Made by a program: the position numbers and the translations under genes
Assembly (NCBI GenBank): GCA_040285825.1
Contig: JAUPSS010000004.1
Location: forward strand, 6,725,784 to 6,789,783
Source of the DNA: Eukaryota sp. TZLM1-RC
Lineage: Eukaryota; Protista; Metamonada: BaSk clade
Direction: 5' to 3'
DNA: 64,000 nt
The notes under the pieces: generated by a model
What the model was told of the DNA's origin: nothing
Seen by the model: the letters and a program-made list of their open reading frames with translations, nothing else
The model's database searches: none
Part shown: positions 36,280 to 48,197 of the stretch, piece by piece
How positions within the stretch are numbered: the stretch's first letter is position 1
Layout: each line of letters opens with the position of its first letter

Positions 36280-38234
36280 ATGTCAGACACCCCCTCTGTA
36301 TCACGTGTATTCACTCGGTCTTGTGCACTTAACTCGCTGCTGACCCCTGCAGCGGTGCAACAAATTCGGACTGACCTTCCTGTGGTCACCGAGATTTGTC
36401 ATGAAGCTTCTTTATTGCTTCAATCTTTTCTTCTAAATTTTCCGTTGGCATCAAGAGCTTTAGTGGAACAGGATGTATGGTATCTGTTTATGACCGTCAT
36501 CACCACTGGTTCTTTTCCTAAGCCTTCCACATCTAAAGGCCAACGCCAATTACTCCATATCTTTTACAATGGATTTCTTCCTGAATGCCCACAAGACAGG
36601 TCTCTTGTTTCTGTGTGGGAAAATTCTTTAGTGCCTTACAGAAATTCATTCCATCTTTTCCTCAATGATTGGCTGCAGTCCCAGAACTGTAATTTTATCA
36701 ATAGAAAAGGGCTTTCTTCTTATCTTGCCTGTCGTGCTCGTCAATTGGCCTCCAACGTTAAGACATGTTTACCCAAAATTTGTCAATCCTGGACAAAAAA
36801 CTTTATTCGTGCTCATTGTAGAGCCCTGAATAAAACAAATGTCTTTGCAAATAATATTCTTTCACTTTTGCCAGATGAACTACTAGCCCAACCCGAGGAA
36901 GTAGTAGTTGATTCTGTTCTTGAATACCTCATCAATTTCAATTTGAATAATTCAAGAGAAAGATTTTTTTTATTGAATGCATGTAGGTTTATCTTGAATC
37001 TCTTTCAAAGATTTCCTACCACTGCCTCCCTACTGTCCTCACATGATAAAATCACTTTTCATCAAAGGAAATTAGTGAGCTTTTTCTCTTCAATCTTAAA
37101 ATTTCACAATACTTACTCACTTTCTTTTCTCATATGCATTGCTGGAAGAAATTTAGAATAATACCTTTAGCTTCTCATAAAGGTTCTAAATTTATTGAGG
37201 TACCTTCACAAATTTTCCACTCTGTGAAAAAAATTTCCAATTATTGAAGGATCATCTTCCAAAACAAAGTTTATCAAAAATACATGTCTGAAACGAGTAT
37301 TCAAACAATGTCCTTACCAAAAATTCAATATCAACAGAAAAAGTTTGAAAAATAGATTTAACAAAATTTTATTGAAAACTAATGGTAATGAACTGCTTTT
37401 GACCTTTGAAGGTAAAAATAATGACTCAGAAAACACAGATGAGCTGGATGAACCACCGAAAAGAAAAGAAGATCAAAAAGTGAAATGAAAAGTGACCCTA
37501 ATGCCAACAAAACCAGAGAAACACAGTTGAAGGGTACTAAAAAAATGCCCCGTCGAAGACGTAGACATCCAGTCGAAATTTTACCTGAAAGGCCCCTTAT
37601 CGGCGTTGATCTTGGCCAATCAAGATTATGTGGTTACTTCTTAAATGATAATCAATGTGGAGTTATCCCTTGTCCAACTGGCAGAAGATACATGACAAAA
37701 AATTCACCCAGTAAACACTCTCCCAACCAATATTCCGTTCAAAATTTCAACCAATATTTGAACCATTGGAATTTGGTCAGGAGGAAAGTGTATTTGGAAA
37801 GTAATCGCCAGAAATGGAAAATAATTAAATTTGATAACCGCAGACGAAAAGAGAGACGGTTCAGAGAGAGTCTCAACAAATTTCAAAGTCTGGCTGGACA
37901 TCCTGAAAAACTCTATCTTGCTGTGGGTTCTGCTAATTTCCCTTCTCATTGCCGAAAAGTCAATCGATATGGATCAGCAAGGGCTTTCAGAAAATGGTTG
38001 TGTTATCAAAAGGACGTGAAGCACTTGTCAACCAGTGAGTTTAATACAAGCAAACTGTCAAGTTGTTGCATGGCCGAGAATATTCAAGCAGGCTCATGGC
38101 AGATGCGTATTTGTACTGAGTGTCAAATAGTATATGACAGAGATATTTCCGCTGCAAAAAATATTCAAATTAAGAAAAAAGCGGAATTGTGGCCGGAAAG
38201 ATACATTTGCCCAGATGCTCTGTTGAGAAGATGA
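36280..38234 (+). pseudogene. Fanzor (Fanzor1-like) family B copy B1, full length, frameshifted between 37130 and 37490
   Basis: N-terminal ORF 36280..37161; bridging frames KFRIIPLASHKGSKFIEV and KTNGNELLLTF; C-terminal ORF with RuvC-I IGVDLG, RuvC-II SEFNTSKLSSCC, CTEC, RuvC-III YDRDISAAKNI. Confidence 0.85.
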
Positions 38235-38320
38235 ATGGGGAACCTGAGCATACAGGAACAAAAACTTTTGAGACCGATCTACAAATGCCCTAGTAGCATT
38301 TGGTAGATCCACTTAGATAC
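38235..38320 (+). ncRNA. Candidate omegaRNA scaffold of Fanzor B1
   Basis: Hairpins CCTG-agcata-CAGG (38243-38256) and GATCTACAAATGC-cctagta-GCATTTgGTAGATC (38276-38309) immediately after the stop. Confidence 0.5.
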
Positions 38321-38526
38321 ATCAAGTCGCGAGGCTTTGTTCTGTGAAAGCAGTAGGTGTATTTAAGTGAGGTAGCCCATTGATGAAGATCATGATTGTC
38401 TTTGTCAAATGATGCTACATGTCTCTTACAGCCTGTGAGTAGACATTGAGAAAGTTGAAAACAGGAGTGAATTTCACAGGGGAATGCATGATAAGTGAAA
38501 TTCACAGTTAGTTTCCCTTCTATTTA

Positions 38527-39045
38527 ATGAGCCTAAAACCCACAGGATTCTTTGGTGGTGCCGTATGTGCATCAATACCTCCAGACTGGCGTGACTTTTC
38601 ATTAGATCGTCCAGTTCAAGATAATCAGGAAATCTTTGTTGATCGTTCAAGCGGATCTGTCTTTGTCATTGACATAGTTGAGTCACCGTCTGTTGACGCA
38701 TCTTCCATGGGCAAGTTTCATTTTGATGATCTTTCTGAAAGTAATGGCATGGAAGGTGCAATGGTAGATTCTTCTGGAGAACCCCCATTTTCAATGAACT
38801 TATTAACAGTGCCTCATCAATCTTGTTTCCTTGTTGGGTCTGGAACTGTTGAAGACTACATTTATGAGGATGATAAGTCTAAAACAAAGACCTTGTATAC
38901 ATATTTGACCATTTTGAGGTTCAAAGAGTCCAATACAGATATTCTCGTGTACATCACAGATGCCACTGAAAACCAACAACTTAAATCGGTTTATTTCAAG
39001 ATAATGGCCACGTTAGAAATTAATACAAAACAATTAGGATTGTAA
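38527..39045 (+). CDS. MOG1: Ran guanine nucleotide release factor Mog1
   Basis: FFGGAVCASIP..WRDFSLDRPVQDNQEIFVD..VIDIVE..FHFDDL..LRFKESNTDILV. Confidence 0.9.
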   Translation: MSLKPTGFFGGAVCASIPPDWRDFSLDRPVQDNQEIFVDRSSGSVFVIDIVESPSVDASSMGKFHFDDLSESNGMEGAMVDSSGEPPFSMNLLTVPHQSCFLVGSGTVEDYIYEDDKSKTKTLYTYLTILRFKESNTDILVYITDATENQQLKSVYFKIMATLEINTKQLGL

Positions 39046-39108
39046 CTTAATCAAAAAAGTCGATATTTACAATTATAGTAAGATTTAAATAAACATGAGT
39101 AATAAAAT

Positions 39109-40047
39109 CTAATCATTAAACCCTGCTAAATCAGTTATATATTGTGTAATTTCAGGAAGTATCAGTTCACATGGAAGATCAAGAGGTTCAACATGAAACC
39201 AATCATGTTGAAGAGCTTGTGCCGCATCAAGTCGATTATTGGGCCAACATAGACATTGTTCGAAAAAGTTAACAAGAACGCTATCAGAACCAGAGAACAG
39301 TGAGGAGAAGTTGCGTCCACTGGAATATGGAAACGAAACCTTGTGGAAATCATACAGTTTCTTAACCCCTGGCCACGTGGAGTTTGTTGGTGATCCCAGA
39401 GTCTGGATAATCCGTTGAAGCTGGTCAATGTCTGAAATACCAGGAAATAAAGGTACTTTTGACAGTAACTCAGCCATAACACAGCCAGCTGCCCAGACAT
39501 CAATGGTAGCATCATAATCTCGAGAACCAAAAAGAACTTCTGGAGACCGGTACCAACGGGTGGCGGGATGGGGGGTTAGGTTATCACATTTTTGAGGTAA
39601 ACATCGGGCAAGTCCAAAGTCTGCAACCTTGATTACTCCTTTTGAATTAATGAGGATATTTCCAGGTTTTATATCTCGGTGAATGAACGATGCATCATGA
39701 ATGGCTTTCAATCCAGAGAACAATTGTTTCATGATAGACTTAAGTACAGGAATGGATAGGTGCCAAGATGTTTGACGTATTAGAAAAGTTAAATCAAATG
39801 TGCAATATTCAGTCACTATGCAAAGAGTAGATGAGCTTTTAATGAAGAAATCAAGCACAGAGAGTACATTTTGATGAGATATAGATTGTAGAACCTTGAG
39901 TTCACGTAAAACTGTCCGCAAAACAGTTTCATCAAAGCGAGAAAGACAAATCTCTTTGATGGCCACTATTTGGCCGGTGGTAGAGTGACGCGCCTTGTAG
40001 ACAGATCCAAACTGACCTTTGCCAATCAAGTAAAGGGTCTCATACAT
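39109..40047 (-). CDS. Cyclin-dependent kinase, CDK20/CCRK-like
   Basis: GKGQFG, VAIK, HRDIKPGN, DFG, ATRWYRSPEVLFGSRDY, LFPG..DIDQL, WPGVKKLYDFHKVSF. Confidence 0.85.
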   Translation of the reverse strand: MYETLYLIGKGQFGSVYKARHSTTGQIVAIKEICLSRFDETVLRTVLRELKVLQSISHQNVLSVLDFFIKSSSTLCIVTEYCTFDLTFLIRQTSWHLSIPVLKSIMKQLFSGLKAIHDASFIHRDIKPGNILINSKGVIKVADFGLARCLPQKCDNLTPHPATRWYRSPEVLFGSRDYDATIDVWAAGCVMAELLSKVPLFPGISDIDQLQRIIQTLGSPTNSTWPGVKKLYDFHKVSFPYSSGRNFSSLFSGSDSVLVNFFEQCLCWPNNRLDAAQALQHDWFHVEPLDLPCELILPEITQYITDLAGFND

Positions 40048-40193
40048 TTAAATGTCTTCAAACTTTGAAGATCTTAAGGACTGAAACAAATAAAAAATGA
40101 AATGAAAAAGTCCAAATACGGCAGTTTCCCCCATTAAACCGGAAACCCTTGTCGAAACCTTTATCATTTTTCTTGAAACCTTACTGATAGCCA

Positions 40194-40991
40194 ATGAACA
40201 TCTTCTTTCTGAGTAAGAATCCAAAAGAAGCTGCAAACGACATGTGTGATCAGCACATTGTGAAGATGGCTCTCGAGTCAACCCAGCTCATGTTTACATG
40301 TCATCATATAACCAGGGATCCAGAGGACACCCAATGGATGGACAAATGTGAAATTGAAACAGGTCGAGTTCCTTATAAACCATCTCATCAAAAACATGGT
40401 TCACAACTTTGGTTACATGAAAGTAAGGCCAACTACATGTGGCTCGCACAACATGCTATTGGAATCTCTGAAGAATACGAGAAAAGGTACCAAAAAACAC
40501 TACAAGGTAAAGTCCTTATCCATTGGCTAGCTAAAAATCCTCCACCTAATCTCCCTAATAAGTCAATGACCATACCATACCTCGCTATGCCTGAGGACTG
40601 TAAATATATCTATCAACATGAAGGCATTGCAGAAGAGCCTGTTGAAAATGGCTTAAACCGTACGGTGATGTCATATAAGTTATACTACTTGTTATACAAA
40701 ACCAGATTCGCACGTTATTTCTATATTGATGTACCTATGTGGTTAGAATCTACACTAGTGTACATTCAAAACTTGAGCAATACCAAATATCTCGATTTAA
40801 TTCACGATGAAGCTATGAGAAAAACAATAGCTAAGAAACCTCCAAAAGTACCCAAAAGTGCCACAAAGGCATCCGTAAAGTCCAAAAGAAGAAGCAGTTT
40901 GGACAAACTGGAAGATGTATCACTGATCAAGGATGGAGAAGAGCTACCAATAAGGTTTAGAAGACTAACTCGTTCAATGACAAGTAAATAG
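40194..40991 (+). CDS. Pyrimidine-dimer DNA glycosylase / T4 endonuclease V-like protein
   Basis: MNIFFLSKNPKEAANDMCDQHIVKMALESTQL..YKPSHQKH..WL..SKANYMWL..EEYEKRY..AMPEDCK..SYKLYY, a pattern typical of phage, bacterial and giant-virus members; basic C-terminal tail. Confidence 0.8.
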   Translation: MNIFFLSKNPKEAANDMCDQHIVKMALESTQLMFTCHHITRDPEDTQWMDKCEIETGRVPYKPSHQKHGSQLWLHESKANYMWLAQHAIGISEEYEKRYQKTLQGKVLIHWLAKNPPPNLPNKSMTIPYLAMPEDCKYIYQHEGIAEEPVENGLNRTVMSYKLYYLLYKTRFARYFYIDVPMWLESTLVYIQNLSNTKYLDLIHDEAMRKTIAKKPPKVPKSATKASVKSKRRSSLDKLEDVSLIKDGEELPIRFRRLTRSMTSK

Positions 40992-41150
40992 ATTCTTATT
41001 ATTATTTAACTATTAATATTTATTTATTTAACTTATATTCATCAAATTAATTCATTATTGATTCAGTTTATGCTAAAAGTCAATGTTTTAATCAGGTTTA
41101 TCAAAATAAAATGACTTAATCATCTTCGGAATTTACAAAATGCACAACAG

Positions 41151-43985
41151 CTACAAATACTGTGCTAAATCTGTAATGGTAACTGTGGCTTGCTTGGTAT
41201 TTGACACTGGTAGAGGAATCTTGGTCTCAATACTTGAAGGAACTGCTAGATCCAAAGCAAATAGTTCAAAATCTTGAGGTAGGTCTGTCAAAGTAGAAGT
41301 GATGAAGTGTTGTCCAAAATCATCATCAAAATCATCAATCTCTACAGAATAATCAAAGCTCGTTATTGTAGGTTTAAAATCAGATTTTGATTGACTAAAT
41401 CGCTTATCATTAACTTTTTTTGGTTCCACCGAATGAGGAATAAGTAAGTTCTTCAAGATTTTAATTCTAGAAAGTACTGATTTTGTCCCAGTTCCTAAAT
41501 CTAAACTATCAAAATTGATTGAATCAATCCATTTTAAAACAGGGTCCTTCATCTCGAGTCTTTGCTCATGACCCTGACGAGCCCAACTCAATAACAACAA
41601 GGAAACACCATCAAAAGAACTTGTATCTGTAACGTGGTGTAACATCATCAAGAGGTCAGAAAGAAGAACCTTGGGGGGCAAAACTGATAGACGGTTTAAA
41701 ACCCTGGTAAACTCAGCTGACCAATCAATCACATAGAGATCATTAATAAGTGGAATTCTGACAGTTTCTAAAGGAAAATTCATTCCAAAACAATTAATTA
41801 CTGGTTTAAAAAGTTTGGAATATTTGAGAGCATGTGAATTACTGGTAGCCTTGGAAAAAACATCTAAGATAGTGGATAGACCAAAAATAGAAGGAATTTT
41901 GACCACATTTTGACCTTTTTCCATGACTGGTCTTGACTCTTGTTTACTTGCCTCAACATTGACTGAATTGCCCAAACCAACAGAAATTTGAGGATTTGAA
42001 GAGAAAAAAATCATGAAATCATGGGAAAATTGTAGAATTTTGAGTGCCATTGAAGCAGTAAGCTCAGGATATTCAAAAAAATTAGATAATATTTTGAAAG
42101 TAAAAATTAGACAATAGTACTGGAAATGGTCAAGAAATTTAAATTCTCGAAAAGCATCAAGGACATGAATAAATCTATTGAAAAGATCAAAAATTTCAAC
42201 CGAAAATCCAATTCTTTGACTGAATAGCTCATAAAAAATTAGAATTAAAATCAAAAATTCACGTGAAAAACGAAGACTTTTCCCAACATGTCGAAGTACT
42301 TCATCAAATGATTCTGATAAAAATTCAAAAAAATCATTATTATTTCTTAGTAAATCGCTATGGTTCCTTAATAAAAAGAAAACTGGTATCAAATATTCAG
42401 CGTTCAAAACTGTAGAAGAAAAGTCCAGAAACGGAAGTACATTTTGAGCTATGATGTCATCATTGACAGTCATCAAACGTGATAGGCAGTCAGAAACAAA
42501 CTGGTAGTTGCCCTGTTTGTCTAAAATTTGCCTTAAAGCTGATTCGACAGCGAAATTCCCATTTTCTATACATACTAATTTCAATATTTCGGTGATTTCC
42601 GACCTGATCTCTTCTGTAATAGTGCGTGAGCTATTGGAGTCAACTGCCAAAATTTCGGACAAAGATGAGATCAAACCAATGTCAAAGCAACATTTTGCAA
42701 AATTTGTAATCAGAAACTTAGAAATGCTGATGGCATCTGTGATATCAGACAAAATCAAATTTGTAACAGAAGAGGTCAAAATATTAACTAATAAAGACCT
42801 GCTGACGTCATCATCGAACTGCCAAGTGTCAATCAAAGTATAGATCAAATTAGCACATTTATGAGCTACACTTTGAGACATTCTACTTAAAACCATTAAT
42901 AGAATTCGAGACCATCGACATTTGATCTGACAACTTGACAAAAGCAGATCACCCAAATATTGGTGAACTTTAGTAAATATTAGTTCAGCAGTTTTAGCCG
43001 AATGAATCGCTAATTCTGAAAGTAAAATTAAAACAAAAGTATGGAGAGAAATTTGACTTTCGATCAAAAATGATGGTGATTTACAGTCATCAAGGGTCAA
43101 TAAAAACGTGATACGGTCAATAATTTCGAAAAAAAGAGCCTCCCTTCGGATCTCTTCTAATTCAGCAGTGATCTCATTCTCTGAAAATTTTAAATATTTG
43201 GGACATAAAAATCCACAGAGATAAGAATCCTTTTTCACAGTAGAAAACTCCATTCGTGCAAATGGACTCAGTAGAAAGGTAAGGGAAAAACCGACTGAAA
43301 AGTAATGTTTTGAATTAAAGATGTTCAGTAATAAATCAAAAATATCCATTTTAATCAATTTGGGCACGAACTTATCAGGTACAAGACCTAACACGATTGA
43401 CTTTGTAAGAAAAGTCAATGCTATTCCTTGCTCGTCGAACTTTTTTGACCCTAGATGACCCACAATGATTCTAAAAACTCGTGAATCACGTACAATATTG
43501 TGAACAAATAGATCAAAGGAGGAAAGAATCATAATGATTGATTGTCTGATTTTGACATCTAATTTTGGTCTTCTCAGAAGATCAATAAAAATTTTGAAAC
43601 CACCGGCCTTATAGAAAGCAATGATGACACCAGAAGATTCCACAAAAGGAAGATCAAAAAGAGTCTCAAAAATCAAAATTGATTGGCTAAAGTAGGGCGA
43701 ATCAGAATAGATTGAGAAGAGACACTGGGCAAAGCAACCAGAAGATAAGAAACTGTTCAGTGAGGCTTTGGTTCTAAGCATTTGGTTAATCACCGAATAG
43801 CAAAGAGTGACTACTTCAGAGTCATTGAGTGACATATAAGAGTTGATAAGGGCAAATACATTGTGAGCTACGAGCTGGTCAATTTCAGACAGGGATTGGA
43901 CCTGTGAGAGAGAATGCAGAGCAGAGAGCTTTTTAGGCCTCTCAGATGAGGACAATTTGTTCAGGAAAGTAGTTGTAATGTCCAT
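41151..43985 (-). CDS. Hypothetical ARM/HEAT-like helical repeat protein (944 aa)
   Basis: Long intact ATG ORF, leucine-rich helical composition; family not recognised. Confidence 0.6.
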   Translation of the reverse strand: MDITTTFLNKLSSSERPKKLSALHSLSQVQSLSEIDQLVAHNVFALINSYMSLNDSEVVTLCYSVINQMLRTKASLNSFLSSGCFAQCLFSIYSDSPYFSQSILIFETLFDLPFVESSGVIIAFYKAGGFKIFIDLLRRPKLDVKIRQSIIMILSSFDLFVHNIVRDSRVFRIIVGHLGSKKFDEQGIALTFLTKSIVLGLVPDKFVPKLIKMDIFDLLLNIFNSKHYFSVGFSLTFLLSPFARMEFSTVKKDSYLCGFLCPKYLKFSENEITAELEEIRREALFFEIIDRITFLLTLDDCKSPSFLIESQISLHTFVLILLSELAIHSAKTAELIFTKVHQYLGDLLLSSCQIKCRWSRILLMVLSRMSQSVAHKCANLIYTLIDTWQFDDDVSRSLLVNILTSSVTNLILSDITDAISISKFLITNFAKCCFDIGLISSLSEILAVDSNSSRTITEEIRSEITEILKLVCIENGNFAVESALRQILDKQGNYQFVSDCLSRLMTVNDDIIAQNVLPFLDFSSTVLNAEYLIPVFFLLRNHSDLLRNNNDFFEFLSESFDEVLRHVGKSLRFSREFLILILIFYELFSQRIGFSVEIFDLFNRFIHVLDAFREFKFLDHFQYYCLIFTFKILSNFFEYPELTASMALKILQFSHDFMIFFSSNPQISVGLGNSVNVEASKQESRPVMEKGQNVVKIPSIFGLSTILDVFSKATSNSHALKYSKLFKPVINCFGMNFPLETVRIPLINDLYVIDWSAEFTRVLNRLSVLPPKVLLSDLLMMLHHVTDTSSFDGVSLLLLSWARQGHEQRLEMKDPVLKWIDSINFDSLDLGTGTKSVLSRIKILKNLLIPHSVEPKKVNDKRFSQSKSDFKPTITSFDYSVEIDDFDDDFGQHFITSTLTDLPQDFELFALDLAVPSSIETKIPLPVSNTKQATVTITDLAQYL

Positions 43986-44660
43986 CAGACTCGTACAAGA
44001 GGTGATTGAAATCAGTAAGTTGATTCAACCAATATTAATTCAGATTTAACTAATCACAAAGTCGCCAGACGTTATTTTAGGGTATTTGAATATTGGTTGT
44101 TACGGTTTTGACCTGTTGAGGAATCACAGAAGGTAAACTGATATTCACAAACAAAATACTGAAAGTATTAACCAAAATTAGTTATTCCAGTGAAAAACCA
44201 AACAACTTAATGCATACCCCAAATCAGCCAAAAAGATTTTACTTCAAATGTTTCTTTCATAGAACCGACCAGGAGATAACAAAGCAGAAGAGAACAAGGA
44301 CACAACAGCCTTAAAAAATTGAAAATAAAATTCCGTTCTGACAAAAACTCTTCCTGTACGACGCTTAACATCTTCAAAAAAATCATCCAAGAAAGAGAAA
44401 GTAATTGGTCCACGGGAACCATGGAGGGAGAATGCAAGTTGACAACGGACACAAAGAGTATGCGATTTGGCATAAAAAAATAGCAACTTTGCTTTATATT
44501 TTTCAATTTCAGTTTTTTCGGCAACAGAGAGCGGATTTTTGTGTTTTGATTGAGCTAATGGTATAATAGAATTATTACACACATCAGTGGATCTCACATC
44601 ATTAATGACGGTCTTCCCTTGAAAACTTTCATGCATTAAATCACCTCTATTTCTACAAAA

Positions 44661-47600
44661 TTGTTTTCTCCAGCTGAAACTGCAAAAAGTCAAAAGTCTA
44701 TTTCTACTTTTAACTCAAAAATTGACAAAATTGAAAGAACTGAAAAAATGAAACCACTGCCATTAAAAGGTTCTAAAAAATGTTCGATTTGTGGTATCAG
44801 TGGTCATAATTCGAGAACGTGCCCTGAGAAACAAAAAAGAGAATTTGAATTAAAATCTGCTCAACAAATTCTCAAATGTTCTGTTCCAGCTGTTGCCGTT
44901 GTGAAAGGTGCTGAAAATAATGTTTCTGACGATCAACAGTTAAATGCTTCTAGTGTTCCCTCTTCTTCCCCTTCTGAAAACAGTAGTTTTTGTTGTCCAT
45001 TTTGCAAAAAAGATGTTGCAGATTCACGAAATGGTCGAAAACTTCTGTTTTGTACGAATTGTAAAGCCGTTGATACCGTAAGACCCCCGATCCGGATCCC
45101 AGTAGAAATAAGTCCCGCCAGCACAATCCCCTTCTCAATGGAAATGAGAATTTTTACTTCTGAATTGAAAAATAATAAGTGGAATATTTCATCCTTCTGG
45201 AAATATTTTGCTAGAAAAAACAAAAATTGTTTTAAGAAAAAATTTGGAAATAAAAAAATTGTAAAATCAAAAACTTGCCGTAAATTGTGCTTACGTGGTC
45301 GTTATGGTGCCGCAAAGCAGTCTTTGTTTTCCTCTTCTTTGGCTGATGCAAACTCTGATACCCTTGAAAAACTTCAAAAGTTGCATCCTCAAGAAAATTT
45401 CAAGTGCAGCAAGCCTGAAGTGTGTCCTTTTTGGATTGAAAATCCTATTACTGCAATTGAAGTTCTTAAAGCTATTCAAAAATTGCCAAAGGGGAAAGCA
45501 GCAGGCCCATCTGGAATTTCTTTTGATCTGTTTAAAATAGCGTGTTCCAGTGCTCCCGAAATTGCTGATGATCTAGCCCACTATTTTCAACAATTGATTG
45601 TTTTGAAAATTAATCCTCCATTTGAATTACTCGCAGCACGTCTGATTGCTTTAGTAAAGCCTGGAAACGGAATCAAACCTGATGAAATACGCCCAATTGC
45701 TGTTGGTGAATCTCTGACTCGTTTGCTAGCATCAATTGTCTTCGATCGTGTCAAAGACAAAGCTTCTACATTTTTGAATCCTCATCAATTTGGAATCAAA
45801 ACAATTGATGGTGCTTCTGTTGCTGCTATTGCCTCTGATACCTTTTTTAATGCAGAGGAAAATAATTTTATTTTTAATCTCGACTTTAAAAATGCTTTTA
45901 ATTCTGTAAAGCGAGAAGCAATTTTTGAAGTTATTAAATCTGATTTTCCTGAGCTATCGAGTTTTTTCTACCATTTTTATGGGAAAGAATCAGATTTAAT
46001 TTTTAATTCATTTGGTCTTAAATCATCTTCTGGAGTGAAGCAGGGAGATCCTTTAGGCCCATTATTGTTTTGTTTAGCTATTCACAAAACTTTAAATATC
46101 ATTAAGCAAAAATACCCTTCTATAAAAATAGTTGCTTATATGGATGATATATCTTTGATTGGTTCATTTGATTTACTAGAATTGGTTGCTCAAGAAATTG
46201 CCGATTCATATGAAAATATTGGGCTTCATCTTAATGCCAGCAAATGCCTTCTGATTGGCTCTTCTGCTCAAGACCTCGTGATAAACGATTCTATTGTCCC
46301 TTTTACTAATTATAGTAGTGATGCTTTTAAGTTCCTTGGTTGTTGGTTAGGAAATGTGCCTCAAATTCAGAATGAATTGCAAGTTATTTTGGAAAAAATG
46401 AAAATTGAACTTGATTCAATTTCTTCTTTAGATATAGAAAAGCATATTAAATTTTTCATGCTTAAAATTTGCTACACTGGGAGAATAACCCACATTTTGA
46501 GATCTTGTGCTCCTTCCATAGCATTAGATTTTTGTCGTTCTTTTAATTCATTGAGAACAGAATTTTTTGCTGATTTATTGGATGTAGAACCAGGAATGTT
46601 GAAAAGCCATTTATTTTCTTCAGCAAATTTGGGTGGTATTGGTTTTACTAAATCTTCAATTTTGTGTCAATCAGCATTCTTGGGTGGTGGCAAAAATTTT
46701 ATTTATGAATTTTCTCGTAGATTTCCTGATGATTCTCATCTGTTAGTCCCCAATTTTAGTCCCTATTTGTATGAGTTATCTTATGAACTTGAAAAATTAC
46801 CGCCACAAATTTGGACCAAATATTTTCCTCAATCAATTCAAGAAATTCCAAACCGATCTCTATTTAATTTACAGTTTTGCTGTAAAAAGCTTCAACAAAA
46901 ATTGTCAAAGATTTTTGAAAGCTTGGATTTTGATGTTAGACTTGGCTTGGCCAAGAAAAAGAATCCCGCTTTTGCAAATCTTTTACAAGATATGTGTGAC
47001 AGTACTTCCTCTGCCTTAGTAACAACAATTCCACAAGTTTATGGTACTCTCTTATCCGATTCTGCTTGGACTCTGAATATGAGATTTCGTTCCTTTATCT
47101 GGCCTGATAATTTACCTCATAATTTAATTTGTAAATGTTCTCGAGAAATTACAACTACTCATTTGTTAAATTGTAAACATTTTATTACTTTTAGAAGCAA
47201 GGTTCATGATGCTGTAAGAGACCAGTTATATTGTATGTGTAAATCTCATAGAATTGAATCCTTCTTGGAACCTTTGTTGTCAAATCTGTTTGATGCTGAA
47301 AATGATTTTCATAAGAATAATAGAGGTGATGTCATATTACCTGGATTAGATGGAAGCTTCATTTTATTGGATGTAATGTCTGTTGATCCTTGTAATGCCT
47401 CAAATGAAAGGCTTGTTAATTCTGAAATTCATAATCCCCTTTCAAATGCTGAAAATTTTAAATTCAAAAATACAATGAACCTTTGTCCAAATTGGCCAGT
47501 CTACAGCATGCAAAAATACAATTTGTATCCATTTGTATTTTCCCTTTTTGGTTCACTTGCACCAACTGCTTTACGTTTTTTGGATGATTTTGAAATGATT

Positions 47601-47816
47601 GTAAAGAGAAGAACTGGCAGAAATTTCAACAGATTGTTTTTGGCAAAATAGATTTGTGTTTTCTATTTTTAAGGGGATGTTGAAGATGGTTTCTGATGCT
47701 TTGCTTTCTCTTGGATCTCACTATGAGAGAGTTGCATCTAGTGTTTTTGTTTTGGGAGAGATGGATTTTTTAGATGTTGATTTATAGGTTTAGAATAAAA
47801 TTAAAATTTAAAAAAA
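44661..47816 (+). mobile_element. Full-length CRE/SLACS-clade non-LTR retrotransposon (subfamily 1), single ORF of ~1010 aa
   Basis: ATG at 44748; CSICGISGHNSRTC knuckle; CPFC..CTNC; RT (IRPIAVGE, DFKNAFNS, GVKQGDPLGP, YMDD); CKC..HLLNC; RLE RGD..DV..E.K; stop at 47787; A-tail; TSD CTATTTCTACAAAA at 44647-44660 and 47817-47830. Confidence 0.95.
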
Positions 47817-48034
47817 CTATTTCTACAAAAAATTCAAAGTATCTTCATCAACCAAACGACAGAGTAATTTTTGTAAATAGGAAACAATTTTGGGTGACTT
47901 TGACATACAATACAGTTGACGCCTACTGCATCATGAACTGAGGATCCGAAAATGACAAAGTGTTTACAATTAATAGATTCGGAGAAATTTTGATCCCACA
48001 TTATAAACGAAATTATGAGGCACATTATCAGGCC

Positions 48035-48197
48035 AAAAATCAAAGAAAAATCAAAGAAAAATCAAAGAAAAATCAAGAGGGAAAAATCAAGAAAAATCGA
48101 AGAAAAATCAAGAGGGAAAAATCAAGAAAAATCGAAGAAAAATCAAGAGGGAAAAATCAAGAAAAATCGAAGAAAAATCAAGAGGGAAAAATCAAAG
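48035..48197. repeat. Purine-rich tandem repeat (AAAATCAAG-based units, ~35-bp higher-order period)
   Basis: (aaaatcaagagggaaaaatcaagaaaaatcgaaga)n visible directly. Confidence 0.85.

Noticed and set aside
48035-48197. Repeat array as possible CRISPR or Lys-rich CDS
   Set aside because: Contiguous low-complexity units without unique spacers; the ORFs are by-products.
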